Assembly (NCBI GenBank): GCA_963734495.1
Contig: CAVTHK010000016.1
Location: 192,001 to 256,000 of the forward strand
Reading direction: 5' to 3'
Origin: an uncultured Spirochaetota bacterium
GTDB lineage: Bacteria > Spirochaetota > Spirochaetia > SZUA-6 > CAVTHK01
DNA: 64,000 bases
In this document: positions 24,431-34,942 of the stretch, one piece after another
How the letters are laid out: every line of letters starts with the position of its first letter
How positions within the stretch are numbered: the first letter of the stretch is position 1
The notes under the pieces: model-generated
The model's database searches: none
What the model was told of the DNA's origin: nothing
The model's input: the letters and a program-made list of their open reading frames with translations, nothing else
Program-made: the position numbers and the translations under genes

Positions 24431-26454
24431 CGGATCAGCTCGAACGCGCGCTCGCGGTCCGTGGTCGGAAGCTCGCACGCGTGATCGCGGCAGACGTACC
24501 ACGTGGGCGCGCCGCCGAGCGCGCGCATGCCGCGCGTGAAAGCAGCCACCGCTTCCGCCTCGTCGCCCGGCCCCTTGCCGAGGAACACGACCCCCGGCAC
24601 GAGCGGCCTGCCGGCCAGCGCCTCGCGCGGGCGCTCGGCCGCGACGACCACTTCCACCGAAGGCCGCGAGGCCAGGTCGATCGCGGCGAGCATGTGCGTG
24701 TGATGCTCCGGGTGCTCGAGCAGTCGGGCGGAGAATGCGTCGAGAATCGCGCGGGCCGCCCGCTCGTACTCCGGTCTGCCCGTCAGGCGCGAGAGGCGCA
24801 GCAGCTCGTGCGCCGCGACGGAGTTGCCCGAGGGCGTGGCGTGGTCCCAGGATTCCTTGCGCCGGAGCAGCAGGGGCGGCGCTCCCCGCGACGCGAACAG
24901 AAGGCCCCCGTCCTCGCCGTCGGCGAACTCGGCGAGCATGATGTCCGCGAGGCGCACCGCCTCTACGAGCCATCGGGTCTCCAGCGTCGCCTGGTGAAGC
25001 TCGATCAAGCCCCAGGTGACAAAGGCGTAGTCGTCGAGGAGCCCCGCGATGGCCGCGTCGCCCGCCCGGTACCGGTGCAGGAGCCGGCCGTCGTGGTCGC
25101 GCATGCGCTCTAGAATGAAGGCTGCCGCCTCGGCCGCGGCGACGGTGAAGCGTTCGTCCCGCAGCCAGCTTCCGGCTCGCGCCAGTGCGGCGATCGCGAG
25201 CCCGTTCCAGTCCGCCAGCACCTTGTCGTCGCGGGCCGGCCGCGGCCGCTTCTCGCGCGCCTCGAACAGCGGCTGCGCGGCATCGCTCCCATCCGTCTTC
25301 GCCGATGGCCTGCGCGGACGGGGACAGGCGACCTGTGCAGGATGTTGGCTCGCGACCTGCTGCCCGAGGCCTCGTCGCGGAAGTTGCCGTTCTCCCCGAC
25401 GTTCATGAGCGCCATCACGCCCGCGGCGTCGCCGCCGAGGAGGCCGCGGATCTCGTCGGCCGTCCAGAGGTAGAAGCGGCCCTCTTGACCTTCACTGTCC
25501 GCGTCCTCGGCCGAGAAGAAGGCGCCTTCGGGCGACCTCAGGTCCCGCAGGAGATAGGCGATGGTTTCGCGGGCGGTCCGCGCGGGATCCTCCGCTGCCG
25601 GTGGCCGCGAAGGCCTCGCAGCAGGCCAGCGTCATCAGCGCCTGGTCGTAGAGCATCTTCTCGAAGTGAGGGACCAGCCAGCCGGCATCGGTCGAGTAGC
25701 GGTGGAAGCCGAACCCCACGTGATCCCAGATGCCGCCGAGGCGCATGCTGCGCAGGGTGTGGTCGACCATCCCGACCGCGGACTTCTCCCGGCGCGCCAT
25801 CCGCAGGAGGAAGGCCAGGTTGTGGGGCGTCGGGAACTTGGGCGCGCTGCCGAAGCCGCCGTGCTCGGAGTCGTAGGAGGCGGCGAGCCGCTCGAAGGCG
25901 CGGGCCAGCAGGGCCGCGGGGTCGAGCGCCTCGGGACGAGGCAGCGTCACCGCGGCGGCGACCGCGCGGGTGATCTCCGACGCGGACTGCTCGACGTCGG
26001 CGCGGCGGCCGCGCCACAGATCCGCGACGCGCGGGACGAGGTCCAGCATCCCGATCAGGCCGGGCCTGCTCGCGCGGGGCACGTAGGTGGCGGCGTAGAA
26101 GGGCTGCAGCGCCGGAGTCAGGAGGACCGTGAGCGGCCAGCCGCCGCGGCCGGTCATCATCTGCGCGACCGCCATGTAGACTCCGTCGATGTCGGGCCTC
26201 TCCTCGCGGTCGACCTTGATGCACACGAAGGTCTCGTTGAGGAGCCGCGCGACCCCTTCGTCCTCGAAGGACTCCCGCTCCATCACGTGACACCAGTGGC
26301 AGGTCGAATATCCGACCGACAGAAAGATGGGCCGGTCCTCGCGGCGCGCGCGCCCCAGGGCCTCCTCGCCCCACGGGTACCAGTCGACGGGGTTCGAGGC
26401 GTGCTGAAGGAGATAGGGGCTCTTTTCCGCGGCGAGCCTGTTGGAACCTGCCAC
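24409..26454 (-). CDS. YyaL/SSP411-family thioredoxin-domain protein (DUF255), several frameshifts
   Basis: [57 protein letters not shown]. Confidence 0.9.
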
Positions 26455-26455
26455 C

Positions 26456-27429
26456 CTATTTGCCCGAGTACCAGAAGCCCCGCAGCCAGGCGTGCTTGCG
26501 CAGCGCGTGCAGGAGCGACTTGCCGAGGTCGGGCAGGTCCGATGCCGCCGTGTTGGCCTCCGCCTGCGCCGACGTTGCGGATGCCCGGGATCACGGTGCT
26601 CACGCGCCGGATGCGCCAGTGCGAACTTGAGGGCGACCTGCGGGAGCGTGTAGCCGCTGGAAGCGATCTCCTTTGTGATCGCCTCGACGCGGGCGACGGC
26701 TCGCGCCAGGCGGTCGCCCGCGAAGTAGCGGGCGCGGAAGTCGCCGTCGGCGAACTTCGTGGCCTCGGTGAACTTGCCCGTGAGGCTGCCTTCGTCAAAG
26801 ACGACCCTGACGAGGATCCCCGTGCCGGTCTCGGCTGCCACCGGCAGCAGCTCGGCGGCCGGCTCCTGCTCGAAGATGTTGTAGATGACCTGCACGGTGT
26901 CGACGAGACCGGACCTCATGAGGTCGACGACGCTGTTCTGGTCGTGCTCCGGAGTGGAGACACCCACCGCGCGCACGAGCCCTTCGTTCTTGAGCTTCCG
27001 CAGCACCTCCAGCGGGGTCGGCGCCCGGTTCCACGCCCGCGTCCAGGTGTGCAGCTGCAGCACGTCGATGCTCTCGACGCCGAGGTTGCGGCAGCGCTCG
27101 CGGATGTTCTCGCGGAGGTACTTCTCAGGGTAGCGCTCTTCGGCGCTGTCGTACGGCGACGGGGGCCACGGGCCGGGGAGCGGAGGCGTCTTGGTCGCCA
27201 CGACGACGTCGCGCCGGCTCTTGAGCACCTGGGCGATCAGCCGCTCGCTGCGGCCGTTCCCGTAGCCCGCGGCCGTGTCGATCAGCGTGACGCCCCGCTC
27301 GAGGGCAGCCTCGAGGGCCGCGATGGAGTCCTTGTCGTCCTGGGTCCCCCAGCCGCCGCCGATGGCCCACGCGCCGAAGCCGATCTCCGACACGCGGAAC
27401 CCCGTCTTTCCGAGCGCCCGGTAGTGCAC
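26456..27429 (-). CDS. Aldo/keto reductase (frameshifts ~26570-26610)
   Basis: [43 protein letters not shown]. Confidence 0.92.
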
Positions 27430-27487
27430 CACCTGCCTCCTCGTGCTCCGCCGCCAAAGCCGCCTGCGGGCCGGTACGTCCCGCACC

Positions 27488-27516
27488 TTGCTCCGCGCAA
27501 ACGGTTCTTGTAATGT
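27488..27516 (+). promoter_or_regulatory. Candidate sigma70 promoter of glycerate kinase
   Basis: TTGCTC-17 nt-TAATGT. Confidence 0.45.
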
Positions 27517-27547
27517 ACTGCAACTTTCGCAGCCTCGGGGAGACGCC

Positions 27548-28741
27548 ATGAAGATCGTGATCGCGCCGGACTCGTTCAAGGGCACCAACTCCGCGCTCAA
27601 CGTCGCGCTCGCTCTCGAGCGCGGCATCCGCAGGGTTGCGGCCGGGATCGAGGCGGTGATAGTCCCCATTGCGGACGGCGGTGAGGGCACGGTCGAAGCG
27701 GTCGTCACGGCGGCCGGCGGCGAATACCGCGACGTCGAGGTCACCGGCCCTCTCGGCGAGCGGCGGACGGCGCGGCTCGGCATCCTCAGCGGGGGTCGCG
27801 CCGTCATCGAGATGGCCGCCGCGTCCGGCCTGCCGCTGGTGCCCGAGGACCGGCGCAACCCCCTCGTCACGACCACGTACGGAACGGGCGAGCTCATCAA
27901 GGCCGCGCTCGACGCCGGCTCGCGCGAGCTGCTCGTCGGCATCGGCGGAAGCGCGACGAACGACGGCGGAATGGGCATGGCGCAGGCGCTCGGCGGATCG
28001 TTCCGCGACGCCTCTGGCCGCGAGCTGGGCTTCGGCGGGGGCGAGCTGGAGCGGCTGGCCGACGTGGACACGAGCGGCCTCGACCCGCGCCTCGCGCAGG
28101 CGCGAGTGGTCGTGGCGTGCGACGTGGACAACCCTCTCTGCGGGGAGCGCGGCGCGGCCGCGATCTACGGGCCCCAGAAAGGCGCGACTCCCGAGATGAT
28201 CCGGAGGCTGGACTCCGGCCTCCGCCGCTTCGCCGAAGTCATCAAGAAGAGGCTCGAGAAGGACGTGCTCGACGTGCCGGGCTCGGGGGCGGCAGGCGGG
28301 CTGGGAGCAGGGCTGATGGTCTTCGCGGGGGGACGGCCGACCGCGGGCATCGATGCCATCCTCGACATCGTGCGGTTCGAAGACCTGCTCTCCGGCGTCG
28401 ACCTCGTGATCACGGGCGAGGGGCGGCTCGACGCGCAGACCGCCTACGGCAAGGTCCCCGTCGGGGTCGCGCGCCGCGTGCGGCCGTACGGCATCCCGGT
28501 GATCGCGGTCGCCGGCGACATCGGCAAGGGGGCGCGCGCGGTCTACGACATGGGGATCCGCGCGGTCGTGAGCACCGTCGACCGGGCCATGCCCCTCGCG
28601 GAGGCGCTCGCCGAGAGCACGCGGGCCCTCGAGGACGCGGGGGAGCGCGTGATGCGCCTCCTGCAGGTGGGCCTGGACATGGGGCGCCCGCGCCGCTCCC
28701 GCCCGACGCGCCGGGCGCTTGACGACTCCCCTTTGATCTGA
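27548..28741 (+). CDS. glxK: Glycerate kinase (GlxK/GarK family)
   Basis: [40 protein letters not shown]. Confidence 0.94.
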   Translation: MKIVIAPDSFKGTNSALNVALALERGIRRVAAGIEAVIVPIADGGEGTVEAVVTAAGGEYRDVEVTGPLGERRTARLGILSGGRAVIEMAAASGLPLVPEDRRNPLVTTTYGTGELIKAALDAGSRELLVGIGGSATNDGGMGMAQALGGSFRDASGRELGFGGGELERLADVDTSGLDPRLAQARVVVACDVDNPLCGERGAAAIYGPQKGATPEMIRRLDSGLRRFAEVIKKRLEKDVLDVPGSGAAGGLGAGLMVFAGGRPTAGIDAILDIVRFEDLLSGVDLVITGEGRLDAQTAYGKVPVGVARRVRPYGIPVIAVAGDIGKGARAVYDMGIRAVVSTVDRAMPLAEALAESTRALEDAGERVMRLLQVGLDMGRPRRSRPTRRALDDSPLI

Positions 28742-28771
28742 TAGTGTTTCTCCCGATAGAAGCGTTTCTAT
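28719..28771 (+). promoter_or_regulatory. Sigma70 promoter plus palindromic candidate operator over the trpR start
   Basis: TTGACG-17 nt-TAGTGT (28719-28747) and ATAGAA-GCGT-TTCTAT (28756-28771). Confidence 0.6.
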
Positions 28772-29051
28772 GAACAGAAACAGATCGCGTCCGCTGCGCG
28801 AGATGTCGCGGGCGCTCGCGCGCATCGACGACCCCGCGCTCATCGGCGGGTTCCTCGAGAGCATTCTTACGCCGAGGGAGGTCCGCGACCTCGCCGGCCG
28901 CTGGGAGCTCGTCAAGCTCCTCGCGGAGGGGCGCAGCCAGCGCTCGATCGCCCGCGGCCTGCACATGAGCCTGTGCAAGATCACGCGGGGCTCGCGCGAG
29001 CTCAAGAAGCCGCGCTCGGCGCTCAGGAGGGTCGTCGAGGGCCGTCTGTAG
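28770..29051 (+). CDS. trpR: TrpR/YerC-family HTH repressor
   Basis: LTPREV..LAGRW..V..L.EGRSQRSIA..L.MSLCKITRGS is the Trp-repressor signature; lies directly upstream of trpB2. Confidence 0.85.
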   Translation: MNRNRSRPLREMSRALARIDDPALIGGFLESILTPREVRDLAGRWELVKLLAEGRSQRSIARGLHMSLCKITRGSRELKKPRSALRRVVEGRL

Positions 29052-29126
29052 GCCCTTTGTCCCCTGTACGCGGGGGGAGCCTCCGTTTCCCGGGGGTTCC
29101 GCGATACACGAGCCGCAGGAGAGAGT

Positions 29127-30515
29127 ATGGTGACCAAGGTGATTCTGGACGAGAAGGACATGCCGCGCGAGTGGTACAACCTCGCGGCGGACCTGCCGAA
29201 CGCGCCCCAGCCTCCGCTGGGCCCGGGGGGCAAGCCGGTCAGCCCGGACCAGCTCGCGCCGGTCTTTCCCATGAACCTGATCGAGCAGGAAGTGAGCAGG
29301 GAGCGCTGGATCAAGATCCCCGAAGGGATCCTGGAGATGCTGCGCCTGTGGCGGCCGAGCCCGCTGCACCGGGCGCTGCGCCTCGAGAAGGCGCTCGGCA
29401 CGCCGGCCCGCATCTACTACAAGAACGAGAGCGTGTCGCCGCCGGGCAGCCACAAGCCGAACACGGCGGTCGCGCAGGCCTGGTACAACAAGCAGTTCGG
29501 CATCAAGCGCCTCACGACGGAGACCGGGGCGGGCCAGTGGGGGAGCGCCCTCGCCTTCGCGTGCGCGCTGGTCGGTCTGGACTGCAAGGTGTTCATGGTG
29601 CGCGTGAGCTTCGAGCAGAAGCCGTTCCGCAAGCTCATGATGCAGGCGTGGGGAGCCGAGTGCGTGGCGAGCCCCAGCCGCGAGACGGAGGCCGGCCGCG
29701 CCATGCTCGCGAAGCACCCGGAAAGCCCGGGCAGCCTCGGCGGCGCGATCAGCGAGGCGGTGGAGGCCGCGGTGACCGACGCGACCGGCAAGACCCGCTA
29801 CAGCCTCGGGAGCGTCCTCAACCATGTCCTTCTGCACCAGACGATCATCGGGCAGGAGGTCAAGAAGCAGCTCGCGGTCTTCGGGGAGAAGAAGGTCGAC
29901 GTCATCGTCGCCTGCGCCGGCGGCGGCAGCAACTTCGCGGGCCTTTCTTTCCCCTTTATCGCGGACAAGATCAACGGCGCGAAGATCGACATCATCCCGG
30001 TGGAGCCCTCCTCGTGCCCGACGATGACGCGCGCGCCCTTCGTGTACGACCACGGCGACGTGGCCCGCATGACGCCGATGCTGCCGATGCACTCTCTCGG
30101 CCACTCGTTCATGCCGCCCCCCATCCACGCCGGCGGCCTCCGCTACCACGGCATGGCGCCGCTGGTCTCGCAGGCGATCGTCGAGGGGCTCGTCTCGCCG
30201 CGCGCGGTGCAGCAGCTCGAGTGCTACGAGTCGGCCGTTCTGTTCGCGCGCACCGAAGGCCTGATCGTCGCGCCCGAAACCAGCCACGCCATTGCCGCCA
30301 CCATCCAGGAGGCGAAGAAGGCGAAGGAAGAGGGCAGGGAGAAGGTGATCGTGTTCAACCTCTCCGGCCACGGGCTCATGGACCTCGTCGGGTACGACAA
30401 GTACTTCCAGGGGCAGCTGGAGAACTACACGCTTCCCCAGGAGGAGATCGACAAGGCCATGGAGGAGATCAAGGACTACCCGAAGCCGGCGGTGGCCCGC
30501 TCGGGCCGCTGGTAG
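29127..30515 (+). CDS. trpB2: TrpB2 (stand-alone tryptophan synthase beta-like PLP enzyme)
   Basis: [17 protein letters not shown] (PLP Lys), [35 protein letters not shown]. Confidence 0.95.
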   Translation: MVTKVILDEKDMPREWYNLAADLPNAPQPPLGPGGKPVSPDQLAPVFPMNLIEQEVSRERWIKIPEGILEMLRLWRPSPLHRALRLEKALGTPARIYYKNESVSPPGSHKPNTAVAQAWYNKQFGIKRLTTETGAGQWGSALAFACALVGLDCKVFMVRVSFEQKPFRKLMMQAWGAECVASPSRETEAGRAMLAKHPESPGSLGGAISEAVEAAVTDATGKTRYSLGSVLNHVLLHQTIIGQEVKKQLAVFGEKKVDVIVACAGGGSNFAGLSFPFIADKINGAKIDIIPVEPSSCPTMTRAPFVYDHGDVARMTPMLPMHSLGHSFMPPPIHAGGLRYHGMAPLVSQAIVEGLVSPRAVQQLECYESAVLFARTEGLIVAPETSHAIAATIQEAKKAKEEGREKVIVFNLSGHGLMDLVGYDKYFQGQLENYTLPQEEIDKAMEEIKDYPKPAVARSGRW

Positions 30516-30524
30516 GAAATCGCG

Positions 30525-30556
30525 GGAGGGGCGGACGCGCAGCGCTCCGCCCCTCC
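30525..30556. terminator. GC hairpin between convergent genes (possible terminator or stability element)
   Basis: GGAGGGGCGGA..TCCGCCCCTCC, 11-bp stem; no clear U-tract. Confidence 0.5.
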
Positions 30557-30561
30557 GTCAT

Positions 30562-31641
30562 TCACCTGTAATCCCCGAAGAAGATCCCGAACACGAGGGC
30601 GATGTCCCTGTTGCTCATCGATGCGCCCTGGGCCTTGAGCGCCTTGGAGGCGTCGGCCTGCGTGAGCGCGGGGTTCTGCCGCTTGAGGGCGACGAGGCGC
30701 GAGATGGCGTCGCGGTCGACGCCGCGCCGGCCGAAGTTGCCGCCGCGGCTCTGCAGCACGACCACGGCGGTGCGCAGGGTTTCGGCATCGACGCCGAGGG
30801 AGGCCACGGTCTTCTGCAGCGCCTCGACGTCCGCGTCGACCTGGGTCGCCGGCGGAGCGAGCAGCGCGGCCTTGACCGATTCCAGGTCGCCCTTGACCCC
30901 GTCGACGGCCGCGCGGAGCCCCGCGGTCTCGCCCTTGAGGGCGTCGATGTCGGTGCGGGCCTGCGCGAGGTCCTTGAGCGCGGCTCCGCCGCCCCTGGTC
31001 TCCAGCTCGCCAACCTTGGCCTGCAGGCTCTGCAGCGCGGCGGTGCCGCGTCCCTCGTCGTCGGTGAGCCGGTCTTCGAGCGCCTTGAAGCGGTCGGAGA
31101 CGTACTGCATCGTGTCGGCCCGCAGGAACGCGGCGGGCGTGGTCGCGGCCTCCACGAGCTTGCGGCTGAGCGCGTCCTCGCTCTCGAGGGGCCCCTTCAA
31201 CCTGAGGAAATAGTGCCCGACGAGCATGCGGAAGTCGTAGCTGAGCGCGCCGTCGAGGATCAGGCCGATGCCGCCGGGCAGGAACGGCATCAGGTCCTGG
31301 CCCTGGTACGCGTACGAGCGCGGGATGAGGAGAACGTCGATCTCGCCGGGGGCGAGCAGCACCCGGGCGCTCCGCAGCTTCAGGTCGTGGAGTTCGACGG
31401 CCCGCTTGCTGAGCGCGAGCAGCGCCTTCTCCTCGGCCTCGTTGATGGGCCCTTCGGAGAGCACGGTCATCTCGCGTCCGTCCGCGTCGCGGGCGAGAAA
31501 GACGTTATAGGAGCCCTGCCGGCCCTCCGGCGTGATGGTCAGGTCCTGCGCCCCCGCCGCGGCCGCGGAAAGCGCGGCCAGCGCGGCGGCCGCGAGCCTG
31601 GTGAGCCAGGCAGGCCAGGCTCGCGTTGCGGCAGCCTTCAT
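30562..31641 (-). CDS. Exported hypothetical protein with coiled coil and C-terminal HTH-like segment
   Basis: Signal peptide ending AAAGA-QD, heptad region, host-like codon usage, 4-bp overlap with the upstream gene. Confidence 0.75.
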   Translation of the reverse strand: MKAAATRAWPAWLTRLAAAALAALSAAAAGAQDLTITPEGRQGSYNVFLARDADGREMTVLSEGPINEAEEKALLALSKRAVELHDLKLRSARVLLAPGEIDVLLIPRSYAYQGQDLMPFLPGGIGLILDGALSYDFRMLVGHYFLRLKGPLESEDALSRKLVEAATTPAAFLRADTMQYVSDRFKALEDRLTDDEGRGTAALQSLQAKVGELETRGGGAALKDLAQARTDIDALKGETAGLRAAVDGVKGDLESVKAALLAPPATQVDADVEALQKTVASLGVDAETLRTAVVVLQSRGGNFGRRGVDRDAISRLVALKRQNPALTQADASKALKAQGASMSNRDIALVFGIFFGDYR

Positions 31642-33023
31642 CCTTTGATCTCCTCTGCAGAGGCGAGCAGGATCCGGTCGAAGGCCACCATCGGTTTCCC
31701 TGCTTCGGCCTGCTGCACCAGCGACGCGCGGACGCCGTCGCCCACGGCGGTGATGCGCAGCGTGGCGACCAGCTCGTCCTCCTTGCGGAACACGTAGACG
31801 GTGTCGCCCACCTTCGGGTCGTGCAGGCGCGAGATGTACAGGAGGATGGACTGGGGGTCCCGCGGGTCCAGGATGTAGCCGCCCTCGCGTGAGGAGCGCG
31901 CGAGCTGGTCGAGGGCGACGGCGAACTGGTCGATCTGCCCCTGGAGGCGGCCGATGCGCGCGTCACGCGCCTGGAGCCGCTCGGCAAGTGCGGTCCAGAT
32001 GCGGCCATAGTCCCTCGCGAGGCTCTGCCCTGATTCGCGGATGCGCTCCAGGGCGGGCGGGACGGAGTTCGTGTAGGGAACCTGCAGGAGCCTGCCCGCG
32101 AGCGCGTCGAGCTCGGCCGCGCGACCGCGCAGCTGGTCGTACTGCGCGCGCGACATGATGCCCTCGCGCTCCAGGATTTCGCGGTACGGGGCGCTCACCT
32201 CGGCGCCGAAGAGGGAGCGGTCGACGCCGCCGCGGAGCATCGCGGCGAGGCCGGCCTGCTCGAAGACGGGGTTGTAGCGCCGGACCGTGTCGGCGACCTT
32301 GGCGCCTGCGCGCGCATCGAGGGTCTGCTGCAGCGCCGCCATTTCCCGCGCGTGCTTCTCGTCGGCTTCACGAAGCCGCGCCTCGTAGGCGCGGCGGAGC
32401 GCCTCGGCGTCGGGCGCGCCTGCCGGCGGGGCGGAGGGCACGGGCAAGGCTTCGCCCGCGACGGCCGGCGAAACCGGCGCGACCCGCGGAGCCTCGACGG
32501 CCGGAGGAGGCGCGGGAGCGGGCTCAGGAGCGCGCTCAGCAGTTGGAACCTGCGGCGCTGTGCGCGCGACTTCGGGGGGCTGAGAGGCAGGCTGCTCCGC
32601 GCGCTTGAAGAGCGCGGCCACGTCCGGCCACTCCAGCCCGCGCAGCCATGCCGTCACCGATGACCAGGCTCCGCGCGCCCAGGCTCCGACGTCCGGCCAG
32701 CGGAGCGAAGCGAAGAGATTCCGTGCCCCCTCGAGCGCCCGCGCCGCCCGCGAAATCGGCTCGGGCCGCTGCGGGGCCACTGGGGTTGCCGGGGCCGCGG
32801 GTGCTGTGGGGGCCGCAGGAGCCGCGGCGCCCGCCGGAGGCGCCTGCGCCGCCCTCTCGGGCAGCCTCAGCACGGGCAGCCGGAGCGTGCCGGGCAGGGT
32901 AACCTGCGGGAAGAACACCATGATGCTCACGAGCGCGGTGGCGAGGAACGCGGCGTAGACCAGGATCACTATGAGAATGAGCGGGCTGCGCCCCGTGCTT
33001 CCCCTGCGGTGTTGCTGCTGCAT
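31638..33023 (-). CDS. Single-pass membrane hypothetical protein (Pro/Ala linker, coiled coil, C-terminal beta-rich domain)
   Basis: SD GAGGAGG before ATG 33023; TM LILIVILVYAAFLATALVSIMVFF. Confidence 0.75.
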   Translation of the reverse strand: MQQQHRRGSTGRSPLILIVILVYAAFLATALVSIMVFFPQVTLPGTLRLPVLRLPERAAQAPPAGAAAPAAPTAPAAPATPVAPQRPEPISRAARALEGARNLFASLRWPDVGAWARGAWSSVTAWLRGLEWPDVAALFKRAEQPASQPPEVARTAPQVPTAERAPEPAPAPPPAVEAPRVAPVSPAVAGEALPVPSAPPAGAPDAEALRRAYEARLREADEKHAREMAALQQTLDARAGAKVADTVRRYNPVFEQAGLAAMLRGGVDRSLFGAEVSAPYREILEREGIMSRAQYDQLRGRAAELDALAGRLLQVPYTNSVPPALERIRESGQSLARDYGRIWTALAERLQARDARIGRLQGQIDQFAVALDQLARSSREGGYILDPRDPQSILLYISRLHDPKVGDTVYVFRKEDELVATLRITAVGDGVRASLVQQAEAGKPMVAFDRILLASAEEIKG

Positions 33024-33198
33024 TTGTTTCCCTCCTCGCCGGCCGTGTCGTGGTCCACGCGGCGCGGCTGGGAGCCTCCCCGTTTCTATCATCGGAGCGG
33101 GGAGCCATTCCTTTGACAGCGGAAGAGTTATCGGGCTCGCGGCCGGCGCGCGCGCGGGCGGGGCAGGGCGGCCGGACGCCGCGGGAAGTCCGCTTTGG

Positions 33199-33227
33199 TT
33201 GACGCGGCCGGGGATTTCCCATAGAGT
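33199..33227 (+). promoter_or_regulatory. Candidate sigma70 promoter
   Basis: TTGACG-17 nt-TAGAGT. Confidence 0.6.
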
Positions 33228-33262
33228 GACGGCCGCATCCCCAGCCACGGAAAGGTGAAGAA

Positions 33263-34273
33263 ATGGCCGATCTAAGCGTCAGCTACATGGGTCTCAAGCT
33301 CAAGAACCCCGTCATCGCGGGCGCCTCCAGCCTGACGAGCAACCTGGACCGCCTCAAGGAGCTCGAGGACGCGGGGGTCGGCGCCGTCGTCATCGCGTCG
33401 CTGTTCGAGGAGCAGCTCCAGATGGAGAGCTTCCGCCTGGACGAGGACCTGCACCGCCACGACGAGATGCACGCGGAAATGGTCACCTTGTTTCCCGAGG
33501 TCAAGCACGCGGGGGCTGAGCAGCACCTGATGTGGGTCCGCAAGGCCAAGGAGAGCCTCGGCGTCCCCGTGATCGCGAGCCTGAACGCCGTCAGCCGCGA
33601 GACGTGGGTGGAATACGCGAGGCAGCTCGCCTCGACGGGCGCCGACGGGCTCGAGCTGAACTTCTACGCCACCCCGAGCGACCCTGACCGCACCGCGACC
33701 GACATCGAGGCCGAGCAGATCTCCGTCCTCAAGGAGGTGCTGGCCACGGTCAAGCTGCCCGTGTCGGTCAAGCTGAGCTACTTCTACACGAACCCCCTGA
33801 ACGTCGTGAAGAGGATGGACGAGGCCGGAGTCCGGGGCTTCGTGCTCTTCAACCGCTTCTTTCAGCCCGACTTCGACGTGGAAAAGGAATCCAACCTCTT
33901 CCCGCACAACACGAGCAACTCGGTCGACAGCCGCATCCCCCTGCGGTACGCCGGGCTGCTCGCCGGCGCGGTCAAGGCGGACATCGCCGCCAACGGCGGC
34001 ATCCTCTCGTCGCAGGACGCGCTCAAGCTCCTGCTCGCGGGGGCCAACTGCGTGCAGATCGTCAGCGCGCTCTTCAAGAACCGCATCAGCTTCGTGAAGA
34101 CCATGGTCGCGGAGATCGAGGAGTGGATGGCACGCAAGGGCTACAAGAGGATCGACGATTTCCGCGGGAAGATGAGCTTCCGCAAGAACCGCGACCCCTG
34201 GATCTACAAGCGGGCGCAGTACGTGCGGCTGCTCCTGCGCGCCGACGTCCTCAAGGGCGGGCCCACGGCCTGA
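33263..34273 (+). CDS. Dihydroorotate dehydrogenase-like flavoprotein
   Basis: YMGLKLKNPVIA, SLFEEQ, LELNFY, VSVKLS, LFNRFFQPD, RAQY. Confidence 0.9.
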   Translation: MADLSVSYMGLKLKNPVIAGASSLTSNLDRLKELEDAGVGAVVIASLFEEQLQMESFRLDEDLHRHDEMHAEMVTLFPEVKHAGAEQHLMWVRKAKESLGVPVIASLNAVSRETWVEYARQLASTGADGLELNFYATPSDPDRTATDIEAEQISVLKEVLATVKLPVSVKLSYFYTNPLNVVKRMDEAGVRGFVLFNRFFQPDFDVEKESNLFPHNTSNSVDSRIPLRYAGLLAGAVKADIAANGGILSSQDALKLLLAGANCVQIVSALFKNRISFVKTMVAEIEEWMARKGYKRIDDFRGKMSFRKNRDPWIYKRAQYVRLLLRADVLKGGPTA

Positions 34274-34351
34274 CGCGGACCCGGAGTCTGACCCGGGCCC
34301 GCCTCGCGCGGCGCCGCGGCCTCGACGGCGCGCGACGCCGCCCCCTCGCGG

Positions 34352-34813
34352 TCACGAGACCGCGGCCAGCGCGTTCGGTACGGTGTCGTCCGGGCTGACC
34401 TTGTACCAGACGGCCTCGATCTTCCCCTTCTCGTCGATGAGGAACGAAGATCGGATGATGCCGATGACGGTCTTTCCCTGGCTCACCTTTTCGCCCCAGG
34501 CCCCGTAGGCTTCGGCCACCTTGTGGTCGGGGTCGGAGAGCAGGGGAAAGCCCAGCCCGTACTTCTTGTCGAATTTGGCCTGATCATCCGGGTCGTCGGG
34601 GCTGATGCCCAGGGCGGCGACTCCCTTCGCCCGAAGCTGGGCGCCCGAATCGCGGATGCTGCACGCCTGCTTGGTGCACCCCGGCGTGTCCGCCCGCGGG
34701 TAGAAGTACAGCAGCAGCTTCTTCCCCCGGTAGTCCTCGAGCGTCACCGTCCTGCCCGACTGCTCCTTGAGCGAGAACTTCGGGGCCGCGGCTCCTACCT
34801 GTAGTGTCGCCAT
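34352..34813 (-). CDS. bcp: Peroxiredoxin BCP/PrxQ
   Basis: YFYPRADTPGCTKQACS, LLSDPD, RSSFLID. Confidence 0.95.
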   Translation of the reverse strand: MATLQVGAAAPKFSLKEQSGRTVTLEDYRGKKLLLYFYPRADTPGCTKQACSIRDSGAQLRAKGVAALGISPDDPDDQAKFDKKYGLGFPLLSDPDHKVAEAYGAWGEKVSQGKTVIGIIRSSFLIDEKGKIEAVWYKVSPDDTVPNALAAVS

Positions 34814-34942
34814 CGCGAGCTCTCCTTGTAGACTGCCAAGATAAGCACGGCGCAGGCCGGTCGGCCATGGCGTGGGCGCCGTTCCGGCCTCCGCCGCGGC
34901 GGCGGCTGTTCACGGTCGGGGCTCCGCCGCTATAGTGCGGGC

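Noticed and set aside
25492..28131. Apparent aldo/keto reductase-YyaL fusion (879 aa)
   Set aside because: Indels near 26570-26610 bypass the reductase stop at 26456. The N-terminal part is antisense to glycerate kinase.
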